Source: Calditrichaceae bacterium
GTDB lineage: Bacteria; Calditrichota; Calditrichia; Calditrichales; JBFXGD01
Reading direction: 5' to 3'
Assembly: GCA_050173015.1 (NCBI GenBank)
Contig: JBFXLE010000041.1
Span: 1-23,837, forward strand
Length of the DNA stretch: 23,837 bases
Of this stretch, positions 8,241 to 18,303 are shown piece by piece. The notes under the pieces were generated by a model, which saw only the letters and a list, made by a program, of their open reading frames with translations, did no database searches and had not been told where the DNA came from. Position 1 is the first letter of the stretch; every line of letters starts with the position of its first letter. Made by a program: the position numbers and the translations under genes.

Positions 8241-10073
8241 ATGATTGAAAAAATGATCGAATGCGTTCCAAACTTTTCTGAAGGTCGTAATCAGGATATT
8301 ATCAAACAGATTACAGATGTGATCGAATCCGTGGATGGCATCCGATTGCTGGATGTGGATCCCGGTCCGGATATGAACCGGACGGTGGTTACTTTTGTCG
8401 GTGGGCCGGATGGGGTGAAGGAAGCCGCTTTTCGGGCCATTAAGAAGGCGTCGGAACTTATTGACATGTCAAAACACACGGGATCGCATCCGAGAATGGG
8501 CGCCACAGATGTCTGCCCGTTTGTGCCGGTAAGCGGTGTGACGATAGAAGAATGTATCGAACTATCAAAGGAAGTCGCCTCCCGTGTCGGCGATGAACTC
8601 AAAATACCGGTCTATTTATATGAAAAATCAGCTCAAAAGCCTGATCGGCAGAATCTGGCGGTCATCCGCAAGGGGGAGTATGAAGGTCTTCCGGAAAAAA
8701 TCAAAAAACCGGAATGGAAGCCGGATTACGGGCCGGCGGAATTCAACGCGCGCTCCGGGGCGACGGTGATTGGCGTACGTGAATTTTTAATTGCTTACAA
8801 CATCAGTTTAAATACGCGTGAAGAAAAATTCGCCACGGATATTGCCTTTGAATTGCGTGAAAAGGGAAGATCAGCGCGCAGAGGCAACACCGAACCATTC
8901 TATTTTAAGGGTACGGAAATCCTAAAATACAGCAAGGGAAATTATCCCTGCGGGACATGCGGATTTGATGGAAAAAATATGGATGAGACAATTAATCACT
9001 GTAGAACAGAGCATGATTATGACCTGAATGCGCTGCTAAGTTTAAATGGCATCGATCCCCAAAATCCCGAAGGTCAGTCGGTGAAAAAACCGGGAATATT
9101 TGATTATTGCAAGGCGATTGGTTGGATGGTTCCAAATTATGGCCGGGCGCAAATTTCGATAAATTTGACAAATTATAAAGTCACCTCCATGCATCATGTG
9201 CTCGAAGCCACCAGAAAACTCGCCGCGGAACGGGGATTGGTGGTGACCGGAAGCGAGATTGTTGGGATGGTTCCCTATCCGGCATTGCTGGAAACCGGTA
9301 AATATTATCTGAGGAGTCAGTCCCGTTCAGTCGGTGTACCGGTCGGAGATATTTTGGAAACCGCCGTTCAGTCGCTGGGACTGCGTGATGTAACTGATTT
9401 TGATATCAGTGAACGGGTGCTCGGTCTGCCAAAAAATTTGGATAGCGCGCTGGTTGAAATGAAGTTAACAGAATTTATCGACGAGGTTTCCCGCGAGTCT
9501 CCCGCGCCGGGCGGCGGATCAATCGCCGCGCTTGCCGGTTCTCTTGGCGCGTCGCTGGCATCCATGGTCAGCAACCTGACTTCCAATACCAGGGGCAGTG
9601 AAGATGTCGATAAAATTCTTAACGAAACGGCTGAAAAGGCGCAGGAAATAAAATCTGTTCTCGTTAAAGCCATCGATGATGATACCAACGCATTCAATGC
9701 CTACATGGAAGCCAGACGTCTTCCGGGCAGGACAGAAGATGAGAAGAAATCCAGATTGGACGCGATGCAAAGCGGATTGAAGCAAGCTGTGATGGTGCCG
9801 CTGCAGACAGCCAAACTGAGTTTTGAAGCGATTAAAATAGCAGATACGGTTGTGGATTACGGAAATCCGAACTCAATTACCGATGTGGGTGTCGGCGCCC
9901 TTATCGCGTTTACGGGTGTGAAGGGCGGTATTTATAATGTCCTTATCAATCTGAAAGATATCAAGGACAAGAATTTTGTAGATGAGATGAAGGAGGCCTG
10001 TACCGGACTTGAAAAAGAAGCGCGTTCATTGCTGGATACGATTCTGAAGAAGGTTGAATCTGCCATCGTTTAA
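8241..10073 (+). CDS. ftcD: Bifunctional glutamate formimidoyltransferase / formiminotetrahydrofolate cyclodeaminase with an internal Cys/His insertion
   Basis: FT domain: ECVPNFSEGR, HPRMGATDVCPFVP, FLIAYN, SEIVG. CD domain: SPAPGGGS, DDDTNAF, GNPNSITD, NVLINL. ATG 8241 follows AGAGGAA. Confidence 0.93.
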   Translation: MIEKMIECVPNFSEGRNQDIIKQITDVIESVDGIRLLDVDPGPDMNRTVVTFVGGPDGVKEAAFRAIKKASELIDMSKHTGSHPRMGATDVCPFVPVSGVTIEECIELSKEVASRVGDELKIPVYLYEKSAQKPDRQNLAVIRKGEYEGLPEKIKKPEWKPDYGPAEFNARSGATVIGVREFLIAYNISLNTREEKFATDIAFELREKGRSARRGNTEPFYFKGTEILKYSKGNYPCGTCGFDGKNMDETINHCRTEHDYDLNALLSLNGIDPQNPEGQSVKKPGIFDYCKAIGWMVPNYGRAQISINLTNYKVTSMHHVLEATRKLAAERGLVVTGSEIVGMVPYPALLETGKYYLRSQSRSVGVPVGDILETAVQSLGLRDVTDFDISERVLGLPKNLDSALVEMKLTEFIDEVSRESPAPGGGSIAALAGSLGASLASMVSNLTSNTRGSEDVDKILNETAEKAQEIKSVLVKAIDDDTNAFNAYMEARRLPGRTEDEKKSRLDAMQSGLKQAVMVPLQTAKLSFEAIKIADTVVDYGNPNSITDVGVGALIAFTGVKGGIYNVLINLKDIKDKNFVDEMKEACTGLEKEARSLLDTILKKVESAIV

Positions 10074-10093
10074 ATCATCCGAAATTTAATTAC

Positions 10094-10127
10094 AACCGCA
10101 TCCGGCCACCGGGTGCGGTTTCTTTTT
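10094..10127 (+). terminator. Rho-independent terminator after ftcD
   Basis: AACCGCATCCGG-CCA-CCGGGTGCGGTT, a 12-bp stem with one G-U pair, followed by TCTTTTT. Confidence 0.85.
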
Positions 10128-10213
10128 AATAAATTATATATTATATTCCGACAGCGGGCGTAACAGGATTGCGAAGGCGCGGGATCGAAATATTGAGTTA
10201 ATTTGGAGTATCA

Positions 10214-10801
10214 GTGAATTTGGATGATTTAATCACAGAAAAATACGAGCAACTGAATTCGCAGAGTTTTATTGAGTTCAAAGAGAAAGAACTTGATGGA
10301 TTTCGCGTTGATCAGATTGAACATATTGTTAATGTTTTCCATGGACAGGCGTTAATGAAATTGCCTGAGACGGAAATCCGGTTTTTTGAGTGGCTCAAAA
10401 CAGCCGATCGGCCCACATGGGACGATCTTTGGGGAGATGAGGAAGACATGTATCTGGTCAGCATTGATTTGCTTCCCCAATTCATAGAAGGTAAAAACGG
10501 CTTTCCGATTTGTGACCTGATTGATGAGCCGAATTACTGGTTTGCGGAACGACATATAAAACCGGCGGGTAGAGAAGCGCTCGAAAAAATTCTTACAAAG
10601 TTAAATGACAACAAAAAACTAAACGCCGAAGAATTATTTCTTTTCGAAATGACACTCGCGCCTATTGATATCTGGCATTTTTGTTATCGGTATAAAATTC
10701 ATTTGAAGATGATAAAGGATGCCATTGAGGAAATGGTTTATAAAGGTTGGCTGGTACATTTGACAGACAGGGAAGACCTGGTAAAATATCTGGATGTGTG
10801 A
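10214..10801 (+). CDS. Hypothetical soluble protein (195 aa)
   Basis: Long ORF between two terminators, GGAG RBS before GTG, protein-like composition; no family I recognise. Confidence 0.8.
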   Translation: MNLDDLITEKYEQLNSQSFIEFKEKELDGFRVDQIEHIVNVFHGQALMKLPETEIRFFEWLKTADRPTWDDLWGDEEDMYLVSIDLLPQFIEGKNGFPICDLIDEPNYWFAERHIKPAGREALEKILTKLNDNKKLNAEELFLFEMTLAPIDIWHFCYRYKIHLKMIKDAIEEMVYKGWLVHLTDREDLVKYLDV

Positions 10802-10844
10802 ACTATAGATTAATTACAAGTATATAATTTTAATGTTTATAAAC

Positions 10845-10873
10845 AAAAAAAGCCGCTTATCGCGGCTTTTTTT
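10845..10873. terminator. Bidirectional Rho-independent terminator between convergent genes
   Basis: AAAAAAA-GCCGC-TTATC-GCGGC-TTTTTTT. Confidence 0.88.
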
Positions 10874-10888
10874 ATTATAGAACGTCCA

Positions 10889-11422
10889 TCATTTTGGTGT
10901 CGGATGAGCGATCTTCGCGCTTGCGGCTTTGTAATCAAATGGTTTATGAAATGGATTTGATTCATTATGGCAAGTAACACAAAGTTTTTCATCGGGGACG
11001 ATGAGTCCGTTTGCCAGAGAAGCTTCATGATCCTTCATGATTTTCATGCTTTTATATTCACTGCCGGGACCATGGCACGATTCACATGAAACGCCTTCTT
11101 CGATAGTGATTGTTGCTTCAAGAAGGGATTTGTCCACTGACGCGGCAGTCGAATGGCATTTTAAACAATTCGCGTCTTTTGCAGGATCAGCAATATTGTT
11201 CTTCTTGGCAAATTCAAGGGATTTTTCATTGCTGAGCGCTTCAAAGGCTTTCGCGTGCGGGCCGGCAGCCCAGATATCATACTGCTTGCCGCTTTTGGTC
11301 GTGTTATGACAGGTTTTACATTTTTTTGCGCCGACATATTTGAACTCGCCTTCACCGGCGAATACAGTGTACGACAAAAAGGTGAGAACCATTAAGAAAG
11401 CCGTGAAAAGAGTTTTTCTCAT
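10889..11422 (-). CDS. Exported tetraheme c-type cytochrome (cytochrome c554-like)
   Basis: Signal peptide (MRKTLF...VFA); four CxxCH motifs (CKTCH, CLKCH, CESCH, CVTCH); YVG before heme 1 and GVSCESCHGPGS are typical of the c554 family; GGAGG RBS. Confidence 0.9.
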   Translation of the reverse strand: MRKTLFTAFLMVLTFLSYTVFAGEGEFKYVGAKKCKTCHNTTKSGKQYDIWAAGPHAKAFEALSNEKSLEFAKKNNIADPAKDANCLKCHSTAASVDKSLLEATITIEEGVSCESCHGPGSEYKSMKIMKDHEASLANGLIVPDEKLCVTCHNESNPFHKPFDYKAASAKIAHPTPK

Positions 11423-11594
11423 AATTTTTCCTCCAGATAGTTTTGAATACTAGTACAAGGCTGGTAAGAAATGTAACTATCTAAAAATACGCAGGCAAGA
11501 CATTTTTTAATTTCTTTGTGAATTATTTAATAAAAAATTCCCGATGATTGAGTAAAGAAAAATTGTGATGTCGAATTTTATAAAAATCCATGTT

Positions 11595-11623
11595 TTGAAA
11601 ATAAAATATTGGTATATTATAAA
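11595..11623 (+). promoter_or_regulatory. Candidate sigma-70 promoter for the kinase/regulator operon
   Basis: TTGAAA-N17-TATAAA about 30 bp upstream of ATG 11651. The region is AT-rich, so a chance match is possible. Confidence 0.4.
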
Positions 11624-11650
11624 AAAAATGATGATGCTTAGATATATGGT

Positions 11651-13417
11651 ATGCTAAATATAAATCCGATATCGGGACAAAGGAAAAAAACTGATTTTCG
11701 AGGTCTGAATACACAGTTTATTATATATTTCCTCTTGTTCTCATATATTCCTCTATTTTTCTTCAGCATTGTTGGATATTATCTTAATAAGGATATTATC
11801 CGCAAGGTCTATGAAAACAGTCTGTTGGAGACAAACAAGTCTGTTGCGGGTCGCGTGGAAGATTTTATTTCTTCCAAAAAGGAGATAATTAGAAATTTAT
11901 ACGATATAGATATTGGCCAGAACTCAATACTTAATCCGGAACATTTTCGGCAGTCGTTGAGTCCGCTCAAAGAATTTGATTTGATATTTTTTATTCACAA
12001 TAACAAAAGTTACCTTGTAAAAGGTATCAGCCCCGGCCTTGAAAATGAAATCAGGGATCTTGATATTTTAAATAATTCTGTTGTCTTTCTGGAATCCAGG
12101 GGTCTTTTTATTCTTAGGATGAATCCGGGAGACAATCTGGTTGTATATACCGGATTTGGACTGTCTCAGATACAGAAAATTTTAAAATCATTTAATAAAG
12201 ATAGTGACCACATTATTACATTAAAGAGATCGGGCATGGTCATTTCCGCCGGCGCGGTGGAAAGTATAAAAGCGGCAGAGCAGAAAGATTCCTTTATAAA
12301 AAAACCGAAGGATTCCTTTGATGAGATTTTTTATGATCCGCCATATATTCATCAGGTGTCGACCATCGGAGATGACTGGACCGTACGATCCACAAAATTT
12401 GCCAGCGGATTTTATAAAGAACTGAGAAAATTTCTGATTGAAATTATAGTCGCGAATATCCTTATCGGGATTTTAATGCTTGCCAGCGCGCTCGTTCTCG
12501 CGCGTCGTATCACGACTCCTATACGGTCCCTGGTGTCCGCTGTGCATAAGATAAGTAAAGGGGATTTAAAAAGGCCAATACATATTGAAAGCAGAGATGA
12601 AATAAAAATACTGGCCGATGAATTTGAACTTATGCGGCAAAAGTTACTTGAATCTTATACCAATCTCGAGATGAAAATTGAAGAGAGAACAAAAGCGCTA
12701 AAAGAGGCGCAGTTTCAGATTTCACATCAGGAAAAAATGGCGAGCCTTGGACTAATGGCCGCCGGGATCGCTCACGAAATAGGGAATCCGTTGACCGGTA
12801 TTTCATCAATGGCACAGATTCTAAAAAGGAAAAGCACTGATTCCAAGTTCATTGAATATCTTGAAACGATTCTTAAAAATATTGAACGGATATCCAAAAT
12901 TGTAAGGGAGTTGGTTGATATCGCCAAACCCTCAAGTTATGAAGCCGGCATAGTTAACCTAAATGAAATTATACGCAATGCCGCTGAATTTGTGAAATAC
13001 GACAGAAGATCGAAAAATGTCAATCTGGAGCTGGAACTTGATCCGGAACTTCCTGAACTTCACCTTGTTGCCGATCAGTTGCTACAGGTATTTATAAATG
13101 TCCTGATTAATGCGGTTGACGCTCTCACAGAGCAAGATGATAAAATCATAATCCGATCATTCCTGAACGGAAATGATATCACGATTCAATTTGAAGACAA
13201 TGGTATCGGAATCTCTGATGAACATATCAAAAGGATATTTGAACCATTTTTTACGACCAAAGAAGTAGGAAAAGGTACCGGTCTCGGTTTATCGGTCAGT
13301 TACGGGATCATTAAAAATTTCAACGGGAACATTGGCGTGAAGAGTACTCCGGGAAAAGGCAGTATCTTCACCATAACTCTTCCTGTGAATACCCGGGAGT
13401 TTGATGATGAAGGCTAA
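11651..13417 (+). CDS. Membrane sensor histidine kinase (2 TM, periplasmic domain, HAMP, HisKA, HATPase; NtrB/AtoS-like)
   Basis: HAMP (RITTPI...[13 protein letters not shown]), H-box AHEIGNPL, N-box [26 protein letters not shown]. Confidence 0.95.
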   Translation: MLNINPISGQRKKTDFRGLNTQFIIYFLLFSYIPLFFFSIVGYYLNKDIIRKVYENSLLETNKSVAGRVEDFISSKKEIIRNLYDIDIGQNSILNPEHFRQSLSPLKEFDLIFFIHNNKSYLVKGISPGLENEIRDLDILNNSVVFLESRGLFILRMNPGDNLVVYTGFGLSQIQKILKSFNKDSDHIITLKRSGMVISAGAVESIKAAEQKDSFIKKPKDSFDEIFYDPPYIHQVSTIGDDWTVRSTKFASGFYKELRKFLIEIIVANILIGILMLASALVLARRITTPIRSLVSAVHKISKGDLKRPIHIESRDEIKILADEFELMRQKLLESYTNLEMKIEERTKALKEAQFQISHQEKMASLGLMAAGIAHEIGNPLTGISSMAQILKRKSTDSKFIEYLETILKNIERISKIVRELVDIAKPSSYEAGIVNLNEIIRNAAEFVKYDRRSKNVNLELELDPELPELHLVADQLLQVFINVLINAVDALTEQDDKIIIRSFLNGNDITIQFEDNGIGISDEHIKRIFEPFFTTKEVGKGTGLGLSVSYGIIKNFNGNIGVKSTPGKGSIFTITLPVNTREFDDEG

Positions 13418-14762
13418 AATTTTAGTTGTTGATGACGAAAAAACAATCCGTGAGTCTTTGAGCATGGTATTGGAGGAAGAGGGATATACGGCTCAGGCCG
13501 TTTCGAACGGTAAAGAGGCGCTTGATTTAGTAAAAGAAACAGATTTTGATATTGTAATCACTGATTTAAAAATGCCCGAACTCGACGGTATGGAATTGCT
13601 GAAACAATGTCAGAGACTCTGTCCTCAGACATCGCTGATTATTATTACGGCTCATGGAAGCCTTGAATCAGCCATTGAAGCGCTTCGAGCGGGTGCCTAT
13701 GACTACATTCTAAAACCATTTGATTTTGACGAAGTGTTGTTAAAAATAAAACGACTGATCAATCATAAAGAGTTGGTTCATGTGAATCAGGCTCTTCGGA
13801 TGCAGGTGGAACAAAAATTTAATTTCAGCAACATCGTCGGGCAGAGTCACCTGATGCAGGATGTTTTTAAATTGATTAAAAAGGTGGCGAAGACAAAAGG
13901 AAATGTGTTAATTACAGGTAAAAGCGGAACCGGAAAAGAGCTCGTCGCGCGGGCTATCCATTACAACAGCGACCGGCAGGATAAACCATTTGTAACCATA
14001 AACTGCGGCGCTATTGTAGGGACACTGATGGAAAGCGAATTCTTCGGCCATAAAAAAGGATCATTTACCGGAGCCGTGAGAGATAAAGACGGTTTGTTTA
14101 AAATGGCGAATGACGGAACTCTCTTTCTGGATGAGATCGGCGAAATTCCGCTGCATCTCCAGGTAAAATTGTTGCGGGCGATAGAGGAATCGGAGATCCA
14201 GCCGGTCGGAGCCACGTCACAGATAAAAATAGATGTACGGATCATCGCGGCGACAAATCGGGATCTTGAGGATGATGTATCCAAAGGAACTTTCAGGGAC
14301 GATCTTTATTACAGATTAAATGTAATCGAAATAAAACTTCCGTCTCTCAATGAGAGGAAGGAAGACATACCTCTGCTTGTTCATCATTTTATTCAGAAAT
14401 ATAATAAGGAGTTGAACCGAAAAACCATCAACGCGGATAATGAAACAATGCGGATATTGATGAATCATGAATGGAAAGGGGGAATCCGCGAGCTTGAAAA
14501 TGTCATAGAGAGGGCGCTAATACTATCTGAAGGAGATTATATCGGAAAAAAAGATTTGCCTCCAAATATGATGGAGGCGGAATTTAATTCTGCAATGCCG
14601 GACCGGCTTAAGGAAGCCGTTTCCGTTTTTGAAAGAGAACATATCATCAGTATCCTGAAATCAGTTGGGAATAGTAAAGAGGAAGCAGCCAATTTACTAG
14701 ACATAAGTCTTTCATCCTTGTATAGGAAGATGGACGAACTAAATATTAAACTTAATGCATAA
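13407..14762 (+). CDS. Sigma-54-dependent response regulator (REC-AAA+-Fis HTH; NtrC/AtoC-like)
   Basis: VVDDE and ITDLKMP receiver; Walker A GKSGTGKE; GSFTGA loop; LFLDEIGE; FRDDLYYRLNV; C-terminal HTH. Overlaps the kinase stop; start 13401, 13404 or 13407. Confidence 0.95.
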   Translation: MKAKILVVDDEKTIRESLSMVLEEEGYTAQAVSNGKEALDLVKETDFDIVITDLKMPELDGMELLKQCQRLCPQTSLIIITAHGSLESAIEALRAGAYDYILKPFDFDEVLLKIKRLINHKELVHVNQALRMQVEQKFNFSNIVGQSHLMQDVFKLIKKVAKTKGNVLITGKSGTGKELVARAIHYNSDRQDKPFVTINCGAIVGTLMESEFFGHKKGSFTGAVRDKDGLFKMANDGTLFLDEIGEIPLHLQVKLLRAIEESEIQPVGATSQIKIDVRIIAATNRDLEDDVSKGTFRDDLYYRLNVIEIKLPSLNERKEDIPLLVHHFIQKYNKELNRKTINADNETMRILMNHEWKGGIRELENVIERALILSEGDYIGKKDLPPNMMEAEFNSAMPDRLKEAVSVFEREHIISILKSVGNSKEEAANLLDISLSSLYRKMDELNIKLNA

Positions 14763-14780
14763 ACGGCGTTAGGAGGAGAA

Positions 14781-17024
14781 ATGATTCGGAAAGAAGACGC
14801 TCTCAAATACCATTCTGAGGGCCGGAAGGGAAAGATTGAAGTTGTTGCGACGAAGCCTTGTATTACCCAGAGAGATTTGGGGCTGGCTTATACACCGGGC
14901 GTTGCCGAACCCTGCCGTGAAATTGAAAAGAATAAAGAATTGGTCTACGAGTACACATCGAAGGGAAATCTGGTCGCGGTGATATCAAACGGCACCGCTG
15001 TTCTGGGGCTTGGTGATATCGGCCCGGAAGCGGGTAAGCCGGTAATGGAGGGAAAGGGTGTTCTGTTTAAAAGATTTGCGGATATCGATGTTTTTGACAT
15101 TGAACTCGCGAGTAAAGACCAGGAAGAGATTGTACGGACAGTTCAATTGCTCGAGCCGACTTTCGGCGGTATCAACCTGGAAGATATAAAAGCGCCGGAA
15201 TGTTTTTATATTGAAGAAAAATTAAAAGAAACCATGGATATCCCTGTATTCCATGACGATCAGCATGGAACGGCTATTATTTCCGGAGCCGCTCTTCTGA
15301 ACGCGCTCGAATTACAAGGGAAAAAGATACAAGACGTAAAGGTTGTATTTAGTGGCGCAGGAGCCGCCGGTATCGCCTGCGCTAATCTCTATATTGATCT
15401 TGGTGTTAAAAAAGAAAATCTGTATTTAATTGATTCCAAAGGTTTGGTCTATAAAGGCAGAACCGCCGGTATGAATCCCTATAAGGACGCTTTGGCAAAT
15501 GGTGACGGACCGGCAAGTCTGGCGGATGTTATGAAAGGCGCGGATGTGTTCTCAGGTGTTTCGGTGGGCGGATTGCTGACAAAAGAGATGGTAAAGACGA
15601 TGGCCGACAAGCCAATCATTTTCGCGATGGCAAATCCTGATCCGGAAATAAGCTATGATGATGCCTTGAGTGTCCGAACCGATCTTATTATGGCCACGGG
15701 CCGCTCGGATTTTCCAAATCAGGTAAATAACGTTCTGGGATTCCCGTTTATATTTAGAGGCGCGCTGGACGTCCGGGCAAAAGCCATCAACCTTGAAATG
15801 AAAATCGCTGCTGTTAAAGCGTTGGCGACCCTTGCAAAAGAAGATGTCCCTGACACTGTAATCAGAGCTTATGGCGGCAAACCTATTCAGTTTGGCCGGG
15901 AGTATATCATTCCGAAACCGTTTGATCCGCGAGTTTTGACCTGGGAAGCCACTGCCGTCGCGAAAGCAGCGGTCGATTCCGGTGTCGCCCGTATAAAAAT
16001 TACAGACTGGGATGCTTACCGTGATCACCTTGAGGGACTTCTTGGAAAATCCCATGAAATTATGCGTGTTGTCATCAATAAAGCAAAGGATACTGAAAAA
16101 CGCATTGTATTTGCTGAAGGCGAAGATATTCAGATACTAAGAGCCACTCAAATTCTCATCGATGAAAATATAGCGCAACCGGTGCTCATCGGTGACAAAA
16201 AAGTTATCAAATCGATGGCTAAAGAATTTAACCTTGAAATTGAAAAAGCGACGATTATTGACGCCGGAAACTTCGAGAAAATGGATGAATACGCCGCTGA
16301 ACTGCATCGTCTGCGCAGGCGCAAAGGGATGACATTAGCGAGATGCAGAAGAGAACTTCTAAACGATCCGAATGTTCTTGGTGTAATGATGGTTAAAAGA
16401 GGCGACGCGGACGCCATGTTATCCGGGGTAAATCATTATTATCCTGAGGTCATCCGACCGGCTTTACAAATCCTTGAAGTGCATAAGGATAAAAAGATCG
16501 TCGCGGGACTTTATATGATGGTGTTCAAGAAGGAGCTCTTATTCTTCGCCGATACGACGGTTAATATAACACCAAATGCCGAAACACTATCGGAAATCGC
16601 TATTCTTGCCGCTGATGAAGTGAAGAAATTTAATGTGGAGCCGCGAGTCGCAATGTTATCCTTCAGTAATTTTGGAAGTGTGAAGCATCCTCTCGCGGAA
16701 AAAATAGCTGAAGCGACAGAAATGGTAAAAACAAAACGGCCTGATATTGAAATTGACGGAGAAATTCAGGTCGAACCCGCGCTGGATCCTGAACTGATGA
16801 ACGCGAATTACAGTTTCAGCGATCTAAAGGGGCGGGCCAACGTTCTGATTTTCCCTTCCCTTGAGGCGGGAAATATAGCGTATAAACTAATGGCCCGTCT
16901 GGGCGGAGCTGAAGCGATAGGTCCGATTCTGATCGGGCTTGAAAAATCGGTTCATGTGCTGCAGCGTCATTCTGATGTTGACACCATAGTAAACATGAGC
17001 GCCATTGCTGTTCTGGACAAATAA
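14781..17024 (+). CDS. maeB: NADP-dependent malic enzyme fused to a phosphotransacetylase-like domain
   Basis: [51 protein letters not shown], plus a PTA-like C-terminus ([22 protein letters not shown]); AGGAGG RBS. Confidence 0.96.
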   Translation: MIRKEDALKYHSEGRKGKIEVVATKPCITQRDLGLAYTPGVAEPCREIEKNKELVYEYTSKGNLVAVISNGTAVLGLGDIGPEAGKPVMEGKGVLFKRFADIDVFDIELASKDQEEIVRTVQLLEPTFGGINLEDIKAPECFYIEEKLKETMDIPVFHDDQHGTAIISGAALLNALELQGKKIQDVKVVFSGAGAAGIACANLYIDLGVKKENLYLIDSKGLVYKGRTAGMNPYKDALANGDGPASLADVMKGADVFSGVSVGGLLTKEMVKTMADKPIIFAMANPDPEISYDDALSVRTDLIMATGRSDFPNQVNNVLGFPFIFRGALDVRAKAINLEMKIAAVKALATLAKEDVPDTVIRAYGGKPIQFGREYIIPKPFDPRVLTWEATAVAKAAVDSGVARIKITDWDAYRDHLEGLLGKSHEIMRVVINKAKDTEKRIVFAEGEDIQILRATQILIDENIAQPVLIGDKKVIKSMAKEFNLEIEKATIIDAGNFEKMDEYAAELHRLRRRKGMTLARCRRELLNDPNVLGVMMVKRGDADAMLSGVNHYYPEVIRPALQILEVHKDKKIVAGLYMMVFKKELLFFADTTVNITPNAETLSEIAILAADEVKKFNVEPRVAMLSFSNFGSVKHPLAEKIAEATEMVKTKRPDIEIDGEIQVEPALDPELMNANYSFSDLKGRANVLIFPSLEAGNIAYKLMARLGGAEAIGPILIGLEKSVHVLQRHSDVDTIVNMSAIAVLDK

Positions 17025-17053
17025 ATTGTCTAAATGTCATAATATGACAAAAT

Positions 17054-17091
17054 CCGGGATCGGAACTAATCCTTCCGGTCTCCGGTTTTTT
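17054..17091 (+). terminator. Rho-independent terminator after maeB
   Basis: CCGG-GATCGGAA / TTCCGGTC-T-CCGG stem (one G-U pair, one bulge) followed by TTTTTT. Confidence 0.75.
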
Positions 17092-17197
17092 CAATATCGA
17101 ATCCCTGTTGGAAATAAATTTTATATTCATTAGGATTGAGATACCTTATATGAGTGAATTTTTTTGCGGGAATAATTATAAAAAGGAGCTTTAGAGA

Positions 17198-18274
17198 ATG
17201 AAATATTTTCAGAAAATGACAGAATTTGGTCATGAACAGGTTGTGCTCTGCCATGATAAGGCTACAGGATTAAAAGCAGTAATCGCTATTCATAACACCG
17301 TCCTCGGACCCGCGTTGGGTGGCTGCCGGATGTGGCCGTTTGAATCAGAGGAAGCAGCGATTGAAGATGCTCTTAGACTTTCGAGAGGAATGAGTTATAA
17401 AAATGCCGCTGCCGGATTGAATTTGGGCGGAGGTAAGGCGGTTATCATCGGTGATCCAAAAAAGGATAAAAGCGAAGCCCTGTTCCGCGCGTTCGGGCAG
17501 TTTGTTCAAAGTCTTGGCGGAAGATATATCACCGCCGAAGATGTCGGCACCGGCGTTCCGGACATGGAAGCGATAAAGATGGAAACCAATTTTGTGGCAG
17601 GACTGCCGAAAATGTTGGGTGGCAGCGGAGACCCTTCACCCTTCACCGCCTTAGGTACATTCGAAGGGATTAAATCAGCGGTAAAATACAAAATGCGGCG
17701 GGACGATCTGAAAGGTCTTAAAGTCGCGGTACAGGGACTTGGTCATGTGGGGTATTATTTGTGCGAAATGCTGCATCGGGCCGGCGCCGAGCTTATTGTA
17801 ACTGATATAGATCCGGAGAGGATCGAACGTGTATCAAAGGAATTTGGAGCGAAAGCCGTTGAAAAAGAAGAAATTTATGCCGTGGACGCGGAAATATTCG
17901 CGCCATGCGCTCTGGGCGCCATACTCAACGACAAAACCATTCCAAAAATGAAGTTCCAGATCATCGCGGGCGCGTCAAACAATCAGCTGCATGATGAGAA
18001 AAAACACGGCAGTGAACTAAAACAAAAGGGCATTCTTTACGCGCCGGATTATATTATTAACGCTGGCGGGGTTATAAATGTCTATTTTGAAGTTATAAAG
18101 GAGTATAATGAATCAAAGGTCACCAATAAGGTGAAAGATATTTTTAATATTCTGACCGAAGTTTACACGATTGCAGACGCGGAGGATATTACAACAGCTG
18201 CTGCTGCGGCAAGGCTGGCGGAACGCAGAATAGACCTGATCGCAAATATCCACCAGAAATATATGCGTAAATAA
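17198..18274 (+). CDS. Leucine dehydrogenase (Glu/Leu/Phe/Val dehydrogenase family)
   Basis: HEQVVLC, GPALGGCRM, MSYKNAAAGLNLGGGK, YITAEDVG, GSGDPSPFTA, VQGLGHVG, YAPDYIINAGG; AAGGAG RBS. Confidence 0.93.
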   Translation: MKYFQKMTEFGHEQVVLCHDKATGLKAVIAIHNTVLGPALGGCRMWPFESEEAAIEDALRLSRGMSYKNAAAGLNLGGGKAVIIGDPKKDKSEALFRAFGQFVQSLGGRYITAEDVGTGVPDMEAIKMETNFVAGLPKMLGGSGDPSPFTALGTFEGIKSAVKYKMRRDDLKGLKVAVQGLGHVGYYLCEMLHRAGAELIVTDIDPERIERVSKEFGAKAVEKEEIYAVDAEIFAPCALGAILNDKTIPKMKFQIIAGASNNQLHDEKKHGSELKQKGILYAPDYIINAGGVINVYFEVIKEYNESKVTNKVKDIFNILTEVYTIADAEDITTAAAAARLAERRIDLIANIHQKYMRK

Positions 18275-18303
18275 TCGTGGGATAGCTTCGAAGGAGGCAG
18301 ATC

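Noticed and set aside
10157-10178. Sigma-54-like GGGCG...TTGCG upstream of the hypothetical gene
   Set aside because: GG to GC spacing is 12 nt rather than the required 10.
13407-14762. GSFTGA instead of GAFTGA as a sign of sigma-54 independence
   Set aside because: GSFTGA is a common functional variant; the key Phe and Thr are intact.
14781-17024. Malic enzyme-PTA fusion as a novelty
   Set aside because: This is the well-known MaeB architecture.
17092-17197. Sigma-54 promoter for the LeuDH operon, by analogy to Bacillus bkd
   Set aside because: No GG-N10-GC motif found in this intergenic region.
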